A stretch of DNA of 63,246 bases, filler included, from Intoshia linei (GCA_001642005.1; 6 parts of 6 records of this genome joined end to end with filler, not necessarily neighbours in it); one strand, 5' to 3'. Shown: positions 1 to 14,704, counted from the whole stretch's first letter. The notes: a model not told the origin generated them from the sequence alone. Numbers and translations are program-made.

Positions 1-59
1 AAATATTCTATGGTGTTCACACCAAAGAATATTTTTTATCCAATTCAATTTAGTTTAGT

Positions 60-1140
60 TGTGAAGTTTATTTTTTACGATCTTTTGATAGTGCGCCAGT
101 TCTTTAGTAAATAACTTACTGTTACAGAAAAGAATTACTCAACAACTGAAAAAGAATTTCTTGCTGTTACTAAAAGTTTCGATAAATTTCGGATTTATGT
201 TTTATGTTTTCGTTACCGCTGATTTCCCGAAGAATATTCGATCTATAAACTACTGTGGTCTTAATACAGAATTGATTCAAAATGATAAAGTCCTGAAAGA
301 ACTTTCAATTAAAAATGAATTAGACCCTAAAACGGCTAGTACAAGTTTAGAGACAAAATAATTATAAAAAATAACACATGTTACTAAATAACAATGAAAA
401 TTATCTAATATTGGACCGGATTCGCAGACCAAAACAGTTATTGAATATTACCATAACTATCTGACATTTGGGCATTCTGGAATTTTAAAAACAATCCAAA
501 ACATTAAAGCAAAATACTTTTGGCCTTTCATGTATAGAGCCACTAAGGAATATATTAGCAAATGCAATACATGCAATGAAAATGAATTCAGGAATAGGGC
601 AAAACATATTGCATTAAAAACTTTTCAAACGAGTAGGTTCAACCAATTGTAGCAAATAGATGTATTAGGGCCATTACAAGTGACACAAAATTTGAATAAA
701 TACGTACTTGTCATGTGTGACCATTATTCTGGATGGGTTCAAGCAGCAGCTTTACCAGATATTACAGCCTCTACTCTAAATGATGCCATTGTTGAAAATA
801 TAATTACCTTGTTTGGACCCTTGAAGAAATTCACTTCGATTGCGCACAACAATTCGAAGGAGAAAAAGGAGTAAGTATATCAAAATTATGTAAAATGTAT
901 GATAAAAAACATATTCAGCACCGTACAATCACCAACAAAATGGACTTGTAGAAAGACTGAGAACTTTATCTGAACATAAAAATTGGGATACAATCCTTAT
1001 ATATATTTTAATGGGATTGCTATCAACGGTATCATCCAAAACAGGAGTTTCACCGTCTCTTGTAGTTCTGGGATATGAAATGTATTCTGACAATATAAAA
1101 GACCGTATAACAATATCTAATCAAATTCAATATTATAAAT
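60..1140 (+). mobile_element. Degenerate Ty3/Gypsy LTR-retrotransposon pol fragment (RNase H end, integrase Zn finger and core)
   Basis: Manual translation: SK*LTVTEKNYSTTEKEFLAV (RNase H, ~106-170); YHNYLTFGHSGILKT...KYFWPFMY...ISKCNTC (HHCC, ~448-575); QIDVLGPL...KYVLVMCDHYSGWVQA (integrase core, 653-790). Contains stops and frameshifts. Confidence 0.85.
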
Positions 1141-1929
1141 CTACTGTCTTTTCTCGATTATAAGCAGACCCCTGAAATACAAAATTTCAGTAAAATTTTT
1201 AACTAAATAAAATTTGAATATAAGCAGTTTCTGCTTGTATTCGAAAGAAAGAACTTTAAACACAAAATAGACATATCAATTTATTTCTAAAAAATAAATT
1301 CCTTCATACAATAGAATGTCTAACTTATAAGTTTATACTACAGTCAAACCTTAATTTAACGAATAACATGATAAACCTATATTTTAACGAACAAATAAAA
1401 TATTAATAATTTATAGGTATAATGGTACTATAAAAAATTACATTTATTAACGAACAAACTTTTTCAAAAATTAAAAAAAAATTATTTATTTTTATTGAGG
1501 ACAAACGCATGTTTGTTAATTTTGCAACCGCTGAAATCGAAAAACTAGTATATGAGTAGTAGGGGTGTGATTTTTTATACTTTTTTTCGAAATTTCATGG
1601 TCCAAATACTGATAAAGTTGCGTGTGATAGTTTTATAATTATTATATATTTATTGTAAGATTTAACTATTTTTTATGCGGATGTCCGACTTTTTTCAACG
1701 AAAATTGTTCATAATATAATTAATATTATTTATATTATAAAAGTATGATTCCGAAATGTCTGCTTTCAATGATTTTAAGGTTTTGGAATCATTTTAGTGG
1801 ATTTCCCACAGATTTTCGTGATCTTTGGATATGCCTGGAAAGCTGAGGAGAATCCCAGAAAATTAATAAAATAATTCACAAAAAAAAAAGAAATAAAATA
1901 ATTTTTCAATTTTGCTGGTACCACGCTTA

Positions 1930-4900
1930 CCCATACCGATCTAATAAAAATGATAATATAATAATTACAATTGTAATGTCCTTTTGTGATTCTATAGAAC
2001 AAATCAATTCATACTGTTCTTTATGATTTTGCCATGTATACCTCTGATAAGTATTGGGCTTAAGAAGGTATATTTTTTCAATAGAATTTCTAATAAATAA
2101 TAATCAATCATCAAAAAGAAAATTTACTTTTGGTAAAATTTAACAGTTTCCATCTTGTAATCATTTAAAATAATCCATTGAGCAGAATGTTTATCAAGAT
2201 TGTGAAACTTCATAATTAGTTTAGATTCTGTGATATTTGTTTCAACACTGACCCCAACAAACTGAAAATATTAATAAAACAATGAAATTATAAAAAAAGT
2301 ACAGGATCCTGTAAGAATAATGTTGTAATACTAGACTTTGACGGAAAGAAAGGTACAGACATTGATTTCTTGGTATTGTTTTCACCTAATGCAACGACAA
2401 TAAAACTTAATTCTTCTCCACTCGAATCAATAATAAGAGGTTTACTCTAAAAAATATTATATTTTAATTACATTTATTATTATTTTTTACTTTTCCCGGA
2501 TCCAAGATGAGAGGATCACTATTTTCGATGTTTTTACATTGCAAGATTTTCAATTTAAACTAAAAAAACGCATTTAATTTACATTACATAAATATATTCT
2601 TACCCACGTTAAATTAGAAACAAAACAAAATGGAGAAAAGGTGATAATTCTTGTAAGGCCAAAGTTTGCCAATGTGATGGATACACTAACCTGAAAAAAA
2701 TAATTAATTTAAAGATATTACCATTAAAACTACATCCATAACAATCGAAGCTACACAGATTACATTCATGTAATTTGAGCCTCAAAAAGGTAAATACTTG
2801 ACGATTAATGAAATTATCAAGTAATCATGCAAGTAATGAAAATAATATAAAAACATGCTTTAGTGGATATGCTCTGCAATTTTGTACAGCAAGAGAAGCA
2901 GTTTAACTTTCCCCTTTTATGCTTATGAGCGTCCTAAGATGACACAATTAAACACATTTAATGGAGTATCAAAGGCTCAAAGTACATTTTTCAATTAAAA
3001 CAGTTATTTTGACATGCGAGTTAACATACCTCTTCCTCTTCGTTGTTTTTTTTACAGTTTATTAATCCTAAAGTTCCAACAGCGTCTAATGAAAAATGTT
3101 TTGACCAGGAGCTATTTTCAATGGATAAGCTAACCTAAAAGATTAGTATATTTATAATAATTTCATAAACAAAACCCTATTAGTTCGATTCATGAGAACA
3201 ATTGATTCGTTTCCAGTTGGATGAGAAATAATAAGATTTTCATTATTCTAAAAAATTTAAAAAGAATAAAAAAATCAACCTTGTAAACTAAGTTCCTGCT
3301 GGTCTTGTTAATCAACCAATAATAGCTGTAAATTTTGACACAATAGTATCCATCTTCATTGGCAATTTCCAAATTTAAATTCTTTATATTTTATTAAAAA
3401 AATTAATTTATTAATTACCAATTTTTCCATTTGATCGCTTGAAGTAAAAGTTAATTTTTTGAATTTTTCATTTTCTACTAAATTGAAAACGCAAGACCAA
3501 TCATTGTTTGAATATGAAAACTAGATTTAATTAGTTGATTAAAAATGCAGCCCTACTGGTCATTTTAGCGGACTTTTAAAGAAATATTTTAAAAACTGAG
3601 TTTCAGAAAGAAAAAGTTTGACCTAAACCTTCGTCAAAAATTTATCAAAAAAACCCCTTATAATGACTGGGAAAAGTGACTAGAAAGAAAAAAAACAAAC
3701 AATTTGAAAATCTCCATAGTACCGAATTTAAGAGTTTTACAATTCACCAAAATATTTATAAATAAAAATAAGTTACGAAAATAAATAGTTTACATTAATA
3801 CCTGAACGGTAATTGAACCAGAATTATTTTTGAGAGTATCAAAAATTTCACAATTCCCACTTTTAATCATAAATTCATCAACAATCTAATTGAAAATGAA
3901 AAAAAAATTAATGGAAAGAATATACCTCTTTGTTCTTAAAAACAATTGAAAATGGCAACAAATTGGTAAATGTCATAATGGGAGTAAACATTAAATAGTA
4001 CATAGTTTTATCTTTAGACTTATCATTTAATGAAATAATTTTTTTTTTCAAATAACTATCAATATATCGACATTCTCCATCCGAATTTGTAAATTTAATG
4101 GTAGATTTAAAATTTGTTTCAAATACATTGCCAATTTCTTCACTAACATAATTTTCAATAGAAATAATCATTTTTGTATCAGCAAGTGTATGTTGAACTG
4201 GAATACAAAGAGTTTCATTTTTCTGACAACTACCAATATCTATCAATTTCCCATTATTTACAGATTTAGAAAAACATTTAATTGCTAAAGCATAGGGCAA
4301 CAAATTTCTCACTTGATACATGGATCGTATAATTATATTTTGACGATCATTACAACAATTTACATCAATCACAACCATTGTATTTGAATTAACTGCTACC
4401 GGATACAAATCATATTTAATTGCATTAATTTTGATTTTATTTGTTGAAAATCCAATTTCCATTTGAGCTGTTGATTCAAGGTATCCGTGATCCAAAAATT
4501 TATTGTTTATTATTTTGGATTTTTCTTTATAAGAAAAATATGCGCAATTTCCAGTGTTAATTAGTTTACTGGTGCACTTTGAATTTTCACTAAATTCCAA
4601 GTTTTTATCCAGTTTTACGGTAATGTTGAGTCCCGAAATGTTTTCTATGAAAAAGGGCATTTTATTATTGTCGGTTTTATTATGAGTACAGTCATTCTCT
4701 TTTAATTGGTATGCATCATTAAACAATGTGGCCACACGGTGCAACATATGCATGGCTCGTTTAGTTAATGTTAGATTCAATTGATCTATTGATGTAACTT
4801 TGACATGATTGAATGGTGGCGGAATACGAAAATCTTCATCCAATTCTTCTACTAAATCATTGGTTTCGTAAAAAATTGATAAATTAAAGGATCTGTATGC

Positions 4901-7900
4901 GTCTTTATTTACTCCACTCTTTTGGTTGATAGGTTCCAATAAAGGTTCCCAAACTGCTAAACGGTCATTGTAATATCCAACTTCGATAGTAGTATTTAAG
5001 CTAAATTTTTATAATTAAATTAAACCAAACCCACTAAAAATATAAACAATGTATATGTTATACTATATTATGTTATATATTATATATATATGTATATTAT
5101 ATATGCAATGGTTCAATTATTTTAAAATTTAAAAAGGACAATTATTAATTTTAATGACAACCCTGAGTTAAAATATAATAAAGAATTACTTTGCCACAAG
5201 ATTGTGAGACCAACTTTCAACAATCCCAGAAACGCCTCCTTCAATAATAAAATTATTCTCGGAATTTTGAGTATCAGAAATATGTATAATAAAATTTTCA
5301 ATGACAACATTCATCTTTTCATTATTAAAAAATTCAGTGACATCAGACAAAGAAGTACCTTCACTACCAACATCAACAGGTAAAGCGTATTTCATAAATT
5401 CAAAATTTTGATTAACAATTTTATCAATTTCCCAAAATTTGTTAAAATCAAAAGCTTCTTCGTGCTTAGAATCATCCTCTTTAATAGACAAATTTTTCAA
5501 AATGGAAAAAAACAAGTTAATAGTGGAAGGGCACATGTAAAATTGAAAAAGTTCAGCATTAATAGAAGCATCGACATCTGAATTCAAATTATTAATATCA
5601 TATCTAACAGTCATGTTAGTTTTATTGAGAATCTTGACTTTGAATTTATCCCTACTTTCGAGATGAAAAGTGGAACAAAAAATTTCCAAATTATTAAGCT
5701 CAACAAATGCTAAAGTAACATCATCCGACAATTGGCATTTAACCATTAAATTAGACTTGGCTATAAAACACCTAGAATTCAAATTGGACCGATCATCAAC
5801 CATAATAAATTCTGGATCAGAAAAAACAATAACAACTTCCATAGTTTCTTCAACATATTCAAAACTAGAATCAGAGTTTAAAGACAGTGTTTCTGGAACT
5901 TGTTCAACCTGTAATTGTTTTTTAGAATGTTTTTTTTTAGGTTTTTCTCGTTTAAAAGCTTTTAAAAAGAAATCTTTAAGTTCCATTAAATATTCCAGCC
6001 AAATACATACAACAATTTTTTCAATCGAAACAAAAAGTAATGGAGTTTGAGAACCTTCCTCTTTTGTATAAGTTGCCTTAATAATTTTATCACAATCGTA
6101 ACAATTACTTCTTTCAAAGATTTGATGAATTACAGACCTTTCTGGTCGCAAGTCTTGGAGAGTTATATTCTTTAAAGAAATTTCTACAGATAAATCTTCA
6201 TTTGTTAATATTTTTAAATCTAGACTTAAATTTTCAATTTCAACGAGAGCAATATTTCTGAAATTGTTTCTTAAATTTTCGTCGGATACTTCATTTTTGA
6301 CAATTATTGTATCATCCAATAAAATTAATTGCAAGGTTTTTAAATGAAACTTGAAAGAAATTTCAACAATTTTTGGTTTGTCGTTTGATTTTTTTTTTAC
6401 TTTTTTCCCTTTATATTTAACTTGGACATTGTTTGTTTCAATATTTTCTTGGTCTTTAAAGGAAACTTTTTTAACCTTTTCAACTTTTTCAGTTTTAGTT
6501 GAGACATTTTCATAAACTTCATTTATATTTTCGTACCATATAGCAAGAATATATTTTAAATCTAAATACGATATTTTAAAGTTGCATTCATTAACATCCA
6601 TAAAGGCGTTAATCATAGGTTGCGATTTGTCCATATTAAACTGCACATTCCTTTGCAAATTTAAATCAACGTGAATAGGTTCGATAATGACATGCTTATT
6701 GAAATTATTATTGATCCTATCCGTGTATTTTAAACTATACAAACTAATATTATCCATTGATATCAAAATGTCATCTATGAGAGGAATACCAATAGAATAT
6801 TCATTAGAAATTTTCAAACTACCTAGATTTGCATACAATACTTGAATAGATTCAGAATTGGTCGGTAAAATAAGTTTTGGAGATATAACTTGAATATTAA
6901 ACCCAATCAACAAATTTGAAGCAGTATCGACTGCAAATTTAGCCGATTTGGATATAGATTGAGTTAATGTATCTATACTTTCTTTTTTGATTGCAAAAAT
7001 TTCACATTTATTTGCAATTTTTTTGAGAAAAACGGATATAAAGACAAATTCGACTTGGAGACATTTTAAGTCAATTATTACATCAAATTTTTCTTCTATC
7101 GGTCTAACGGTAAAACTTTTCACATGCAAATTCAGCAAATTTTCAGTTTTTTCCAGTTTTTTGTTGACTATAAAAATGTTTTTATAAACGGCGTCTTGTT
7201 CAATGTTTAAAATTTCCAAATTTTCCAAGGTCACTCCAATTTCACTGTCATTTCTAAGTAATTTAACATCCATACTAAACCCAGTCAAATTTAAACAAAC
7301 GATATCCATAAATTCTATACAAATCTGAGATACATTGATATCCAAATCTACATTTTTGGTATTTTCCATTGTAGAATCTTGGTCAAATTCCGGCATTTGT
7401 GAAAAAGTTTTTAAATAATTTGTAAATCCACTTTCACTACGGCTAATAGCATACATATTGACACTTTGACGGTATTCATGATATTGAGTAGTAAATGCAT
7501 TAGAATTGTTATTTGTTAATATCGTTTCGTACATGTTCAAACACGTTTCCTTCAAGAAAATTACTGCAGGTTGATAAATACAGATTTTTAAATAATCGCA
7601 ATCAATTTTGGCTTTAATGGCAAATTCGTCACGTCTGGAAATGTAATTTTTGTCAAACTGTGAAACACTGATGGAAATTAATTTTTCAGTTTCTTTTGTA
7701 TCAATTAAATTTTGAACTTTTCCTAAATTATCGTTTTCATAAGATGCGTTGACCGATTCCACAAAGAGGTGCATTTTTTTACTGTACTTGTTTATATTAA
7801 CAGAAATTCCAATCTTTTTAAGGTTAATGGCAACCATGGTTGACTTTGACGCGGTGGTATCAATAACTGTTAGATTTATAGCATCAACGGTAAACGCTAT

Positions 7901-10489
7901 TTTAAATTGAGTAACATTATCCATATTTTCTTCAATAGACCCTCCATCTGATTCGTCAAACGACATTTTTGCACTTATAAAATCATCCATTTCGCTAATT
8001 TCATTTATAGCTTCTGTTCTAGAATCAACATCCTTGACTAATTTCACTTGCTCTACAATGGATACCAAAGGTTTTTCATCTTTGGTAGGGAAAGAAATGG
8101 CTGGAATAGATAAAATAATCTTTACGATCCTCTGTAATTCGTCAACTTTAACTTTAAAATCAAGTTTTGACAAAAAAGCTTCCATTTTCATTGCGGGTAG
8201 TTCAAACAAAGCGGGAATAATTGATTTAGATAAATTTAAGTCCAATTTTATAGGTTCAACTAAATTGATAATTTCTCCATCAGGCATATTCAGACCCAAA
8301 CCAAAATCAATCAAATGTATATCAAATTTATCGTAAACTCGATCCATCATTTCTGAAATGGGTACATTATTAAAATTAAAATCATCCCGCTGCGTTTTAT
8401 GCGAAACTACATTGAAATCCCCAAAATTTAAAGAAAAAAAGCTGTTTTCATTCAAATAAACACCATTTTCAGGTATAATAAATCGACTCGATTTGACCAA
8501 AAACTTTAAATCAACATAAATCGAATTGTCCAGAATTTGGTGCAAATTAAATCTATCACGATAAATATTTAACGTTGTTGAAGCGGCTAAAGCAACCTTA
8601 TTACTAACATCATCAACATTGAGTTCACTAAACCATTCAACCATTCTATTTGCCGTGTGAGAATCGTAAATGACATCCATACCTTCAGAAATCATTTCTA
8701 TTGCATAGTCTGCAGAAACGTCGACAGGGTTTTTAGAAATTTTCAAATTTAAAATATTTTCCCTTTTTCGCAGAAAAATAATCTTTGGAGCGACAACAGA
8801 TTCTTTCTGGCTTAGGGAGGAAATTGTACTTGCATCAGAGGTGGTTTTGTATTTATGAGGGACAGGATAGGCTCCAAAAACAGCAAAATAATCTGTATTG
8901 ACCGTAAATGTGAATCCCTTATCCCGCATTGAAATTAAGAAGGAAAATTTGTCTACGATGCCTTCTAGAACTTGATTTCGCAGATTATCTTCCAATTTCA
9001 ATTGAAATCGAGAAAGAACACACTTGAATACGATAATACTGTAATTTTCGGGGTAAATGCTGTCATCTAAAGTGGAATCGACATAACCAATGGCACTATA
9101 CATTTTATTTTTTTCTTCTTCTGTAAACCCGCCCTCAATTTCTTTAGATAAATTTGTTTCTTCAGTAGATTTCCCGGTGCCCCATTTCATCCATGAAGGG
9201 ATCCAACCAGACGATTCTTTAGGTGGATACAATCCAGTTTTTTTTGCTTCAATTTCGGCCAATTTCCGACCCAGCATTATAGAAAAAACGGACAATAATT
9301 TTTCACAATCCATCAAAATTTCGTTTTGTTCTGTAGTGCTTTTATCGTCCTTATTAATATTACACAGTTTATCCTTGTAAACTTGAATATAGAGTTTAAA
9401 ATATTTTCTATAATTAAAAATGTTGGTCATATCCCACTGATTATTATGTTTTCGAATATTTTCCAAATAACAATTTACCGCAAATTTAAACCATTCCTTT
9501 GGCGCCTTTGAAATCTGAATTTTAGGTCTCAAATGATTATATTTGTTGTACCTTTTTCTCATACTAATTGCTTTTAATTCATTCAACACAAATTTCGCAT
9601 TGTATTTAGAGATTCTAATTGAAATTTCACCAAAAACCAAATCAAACACAAATTTAGACATAGAAAAATTATGATTTTCAGGATTCATGTTAATTTTTGA
9701 CCGTAAAACAAGAGTGACCGGTTTTAAAATACAATTTTGACGATCATGACATCTTTTAATGAAACCCTCGACAGACAAATAATCTTTAAACTCAGTCAAC
9801 GTTTTTTCAGTCAAATTAATCTTATTTTTACAAGAATATATACCAAAGTCTTTGAGAATAATCAACTTGTAGTCAACGTCTTCTTCAGCTGATTCAGTGT
9901 TGGAGGAATTTTCGTTTTCTTCATCATCCACATTCCAGTACTTATTTGTAGTTTGAAATTGCAAAGATTGAATAAATACCCCCATAGAATTTGGCATATT
10001 TTCATATCTGATGTGAATATTAGTTATGGTGAATTGTAAATTTTTTATAATTGTTACTCCCAGTTTTTCTGTTATTGATTTAGTTTTTTTTGATTCTTCG
10101 TTTTCAACAGAAGTTTCTCTTAATTTACGTGCAGCTTCAAGAAAATCAATTTTTTTCAGTTTTTGCTGCCACGCCATTTCTTCGTCGTTTGATATTGTTG
10201 TTTCGTTTGGTGGGGCTACCACAATGTACAAACCGTCTACAAGTATTGTTGTTGGAGGGATAAATAAACCACTTGTCCATGGAATACTAATGTCAATTTT
10301 ATTCACAATTGCTCTAGAAACTTTTAAACCAGATACAAATTTTTCGATTGCATCGTTCTTTACCTTTACATTTGTCAAAGAAATTTTTCCATTCAATAGA
10401 CCAACGTTTATGTCGGAATAGTTTACATTTTCAATAAATTGGCTCAAATATGTATTGATTACCCATCTAACCACTTTTTCAAAAATCAT
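1930..10489 (-). CDS. VPS13: VPS13A/C-like bridge lipid-transfer protein, multi-exon; C-terminal part probably lies left of the window
   Basis: Chorein_N start MIFEKVVRWVINTYLSQFIEN...GKISLTNVKVK. Exon 1 is ~10489-5190; exon 2 is 5000-3926 with YYNDRLAVWEPLLEP. Small exons follow (3885-3802, 3520-3419, 3381-3280, 3247-~3177 and others) carrying VAB-repeat motifs YWLINKT, WSKHFSLDAVG, LTRIITFSP and YTW. Most introns are 32-40 nt GT-AG. The 3' boundary is approximate. Confidence 0.92.
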
Positions 10490-11321
10490 TGAGATATTTA
10501 GTCAAATATTTACTTGTTAAGCAATCTTTAAATAAATATAGTAAACCACTCGGAAAATTTTAATAAGTTTTATCCAATAAAGTTGTTATTATTGTAAAAT
10601 ATTTTTAATTACGTTCGCAGAATCGATACATCAAGTACAATGCTGTACATTGAAATTTATTTATTATTTGTTTAATATGGTTTCATATTTTAATTATCAA
10701 TACATTGGTTATTTTTTCAGGTGAAAATACATACAATCTAATTATATACATTAGCTATATTCTACAAAATTAGTTCAAAATGAATACCAATTGCAATGCA
10801 TTGGCAGCAAATCTTTGTTCGATTCTAACCTATTTTTATTATTATTTGTTGATTTTTAAGTTTTTAATTTCTTTATATATACTTTTTACAATTTGAATGC
10901 AACTATAGATTTCACTAAATTGTATAGTTCAATTAATCGATAAGTAATTATCTTTATTATCATATCAATTTTTATGTCTGATGTGATTAATTAAAGCATT
11001 CATAATTAATACATAATATATTGATTAAATGACACATTTTTTGTATATTGGTAATACCAATATGTATGCATATTTTATATGTAATATATGTAATGCATAC
11101 TTTGTATTGTATTTAACTAATTGCTAATTCTACAGAAGGCAGCCTTAGCATATTGCATATTTTTTAAATGAAATTTTTTAAAGAAAATAATTCAATTTTA
11201 TTATCATTTTAAACAGAACCGTACCTATCATACCGAGAACCTTTTCGACGGCATCAACAAAATTTGTGCAAAATGAAGGCTTATTTTTTCAATTCATCAT
11301 TTAAAAAAATTATATTTTGAT

Positions 11322-11780
11322 CTAGGCAGACTGTTATGTACTTCGTACAAACAGCATCCTAGGAACGCCGTTCTTTTTTAATTTTACCAAAAAAATAAAA
11401 TCTGACTCAACTAATTCTAGGGGTGTTTTGATTTTTTAAAAAAGTATAATCTGGGTTTTGATAAAGGGACCAGAAAAAATACGTACCGTCAATTTTAGTT
11501 AATTTGGTGTTCAATGTAAAGACAAAATTACCATTATATCACATTACTTTTTACTTTAAGTGAATTATTCCATTTTAATTTTTTTATTAACATTTGCGTA
11601 AAGAATTTTAAAAACAATTATCCCATTATTTTAATTTATTAGACATAATGTGTGTATAATCTTAAAAATAAAGTAAAAACAGTCCAATCCTAAAAATTGT
11701 CATAAATAGCATACATTCCAGACAAAATAAAATTATAAAAACCTATTTTGTCATTTTCAATGTTATGAATCATCACATAG
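11322..11780 (-). mobile_element. Non-autonomous Helitron family fragment (3' end)
   Basis: ctaggcagactgttatgtacttcgtacaaaca is the reverse complement of the hairpin+CTAG terminus. Internal sequence matches 50020-50260. Confidence 0.7.
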
Positions 11781-11984
11781 GGCAAACTTTTTCTAACCTA
11801 TAAAATCGTCAAAATATTACCTATCTAAATAAAATTCTAACTTTTTTAACCTATAAAAAATACATTAAAAATTCAATTTGCCCCCCCCCCCCCTGTTAAA
11901 AGTTTTTTTTTAGAAATAGTTTAAAAAATTAAATATTAAGATTTATTATAGTACAATATTAAATATTTTTTAATGTTACTAGAT

Positions 11985-12600
11985 GAAATATTTCTTTGTT
12001 TTGTGAGTAATGTTTTCAGCATGCTAAAACTTCTTTCTACATCGTTAGAAGTTGAAGGGCCATTTCTCAATTTGCTGTACAATAATTTTTTCGATATCAT
12101 TCTTTTTTGGTTTTTTTTCTATATATAGTTGTATTTCACATGGGTCAGGAATAAATTGTATTTTTTATTATATCATGCTTGATTAATAGTAAACGACTCT
12201 TTTGCCATGTCAATAACACCTAATATAGATGTATACCCGCTTAATTCAATTAATTCATTATATAATCCAATCATAGATACAATTTGACCATTCATGTTTG
12301 TAGTAATCATTTTACAATCAAACAGCATTAAATTTAAATCTTTACAACACGATTTTATTCTTTCAGTTTCCTTCAAATATACCTGGTCGACATTCTAAAG
12401 CTGCAGCAGTTCAAAATAGTAGCCAAATATTAATAACTTTTTTCACTCCAGTGGATCTATTATTTAAAATTTTCACTATATGGTGCTTCACTGTATCACG
12501 ATTTGCTGCGCTTCAGTCAAATTTTTAGCTTCGCTCAAAAATTCTGGTTGAGAATAACTTAATATTGGTAACCCTGTATCAAATTTTAACTTTTCTGACT
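11985..12600 (-). mobile_element. hAT-type (CGGBP-like) transposase relic, C-terminal part
   Basis: Reverse strand reads RNGPSTSNDVERSFSMLKTLLT (hAT catalytic-E/dimerization motif TSxxVERSFS) around 12005-12070. ORF 12173-12376 lies upstream; frames are broken. Confidence 0.6.
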
Positions 12601-13198
12601 TTTGCTTGCCCTAGTGATGCTATATATTCAGTATCAACTTAATAAATACTTAAAAATACCAATTATGTATCAATAATTATCGGAATCATCACTTTATAAA
12701 CATATTTCAGGCAAATTTTACCAATATTGCAAGGGATTGTAATAAATATAAAAATGATAATAATAAAGTGTATTACTTTTAGTTTCGTTGTTGTGGTTTA
12801 AATTTGAAACAAAATGTTTTTTAAAATTTAGCGAAAATATCAGTGATGGTAGCCAAATCGAATGTGGTGACACCACAGTGCACTGCAGTCTGCAGTGGTG
12901 TGTATTATAAAATGTGTTTTTTTTGTAATATTTGTTGGTTCTGCAGATTTTCATTCTTAACTTGGGTTTGTATGGGCAACTTCCATCTTGATTATTTAAA
13001 TTTTAAATAAATATAAACGCCATCGAACATTTTTACAATCCATTTGTAAATAATCAATTAAATTTTAATATTTCAGTCTAAACTGGGTTTTGTAATGGAA
13101 ACATAATTGTTAAATAAAAATTAAATATAGACTAAAGAATACAGTGTATATATTTAATTGAACTTAGTTTTATGGTGGAAATTATTTTAAATAGAGCA

Positions 13199-14704
13199 TG
13201 TAAAAAATACACAATTATGAATTAGCCTTTAAAAATAAAATTTTAGGGAATCATTTTTATTTGGTTTACAGTAACACTCTTTCTTTTATTAGTTTCTTCA
13301 TTTTCAATTGTATAGCTATTCACATTTCTTTTTAAAATAGTGTAAATTTCATTAGAAAACGATAAATCAAAAGCTCTCTTTCTTATTTTAACATTTGTGT
13401 CGTAATCCTTTCGTAACCTTACTCGGTCTCCTACAAATATAGTCATGAATTCATTAATATAAATGTATACCAATATCGAATTTTGTTATATTTGCATTCG
13501 CATCCCGAATCATATTTTTAATGTAACTTGTGGACTCGCCATCATGTTCTTTCACGTTTGATGTAAATCTTAACATTGATTTATATTATTACACATTATC
13601 AATACGTATTAAAACCAGAGCAACCCATAAAAACAGAAAATGGAGTTTTTTGTGTCGCCCTGTGAATAGTGGTATTATATGTGTGTACAATATGTGGTAA
13701 CACATCTATCCACTTTTTACCACCATCAATTGTTTTAGATATCCACCGCTTCAGAGTCTGATTTACAATAGATAATAATAATAAAATATATTTTAAAATA
13801 AACCGTTCAACTTGTCCCTGTGACTGTGGATGGCGTAGCCTACCGTGAACGATACGAATCATCATTTTACTGCATAAGCCTTCAACTTCAAAATTTTTGA
13901 ATTCTCTTCCGTTGTCTGTATGCAATATTTTCGGCGGTCCAAATTGTAAAAATATTTTTTCAAATTTGGATCGCATATATATTGCACTTTTATTTTTTAA
14001 TTTAGAACCCCACATATATTTTGAATGTCATTGACTGCTATTCAAAATATATTTGTAGCCACGATTCACTTCCTCATACTCTAAAAGGCTTATACAGTCA
14101 GCCATGTATCGTTCACATATACGTGTTGATATAATAGGCCTTACATTTTGGACAGTATTGTTACTTTTACTTTTTTGACATTATGGGCATTTAGCAATGT
14201 AATTTGCTATGTCTTCCCTTTTTATATTATAATAAAATTTATCTGACTTTTGCTTAGTCTAAACAAAAATATATAAATAAAAAATATCAATACTTTCACA
14301 ACTCCACAGTGCCCGATAATATGAATATCTTTAATGTATTCCTCCTTTACATCTACTTCATCGTCGCATACCACCTTAAGCATTTCATTTTCTATATAAT
14401 TCAATTATACTTTTACATTGAATAAGTTAACCGTTCTTAAGAAATAATTCAATATCTTCAACGATAAAATTTTCTGACTTTTTCTTAATTCTCAATCTTT
14501 TGTTTCTGTCAAAGATAATCAATGTCCCATTTAAAAAATTTATGATATCGTCTCTATCTTGTTTAGTCTTAAAAGAATATGAAAATACCATGCTATGAAT
14601 GATAATAAAGAATGAATTTAATTTGAAAAATTAATGGAATTTTTAAGGTACATTTATATATTTTTTGAATAGTGTGAAAAAAAGTAAAGTATGTATTTTT
14701 AACA
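13199..14704 (-). mobile_element. Ginger/GIN-like (Gypsy-integrase-type) DNA transposon pseudogene with spliceosomal micro-introns
   Basis: CDS ~14591-13243: HIIGHCG...KCP*CQK Zn finger, ERYMADC, GPPKILHTDNGREFKN, HGRLRHPQSQGQVER-NQTLK, YNTTIHRATQKTPF, FVGDRVRL. No RT or gag nearby. Two ~35-nt AT-rich introns. Tentative TGT...ACA imperfect TIRs at 13199-13216 and 14687-14704. Confidence 0.7.

Noticed and set aside
5670-10421. Several plus-strand ORFs inside VPS13 exon 1 (and similar ones within the MULE, MTIF2 and EFCAB7 genes)
   Set aside because: Antisense or alternative-frame shadows of long coding exons with no independent features.
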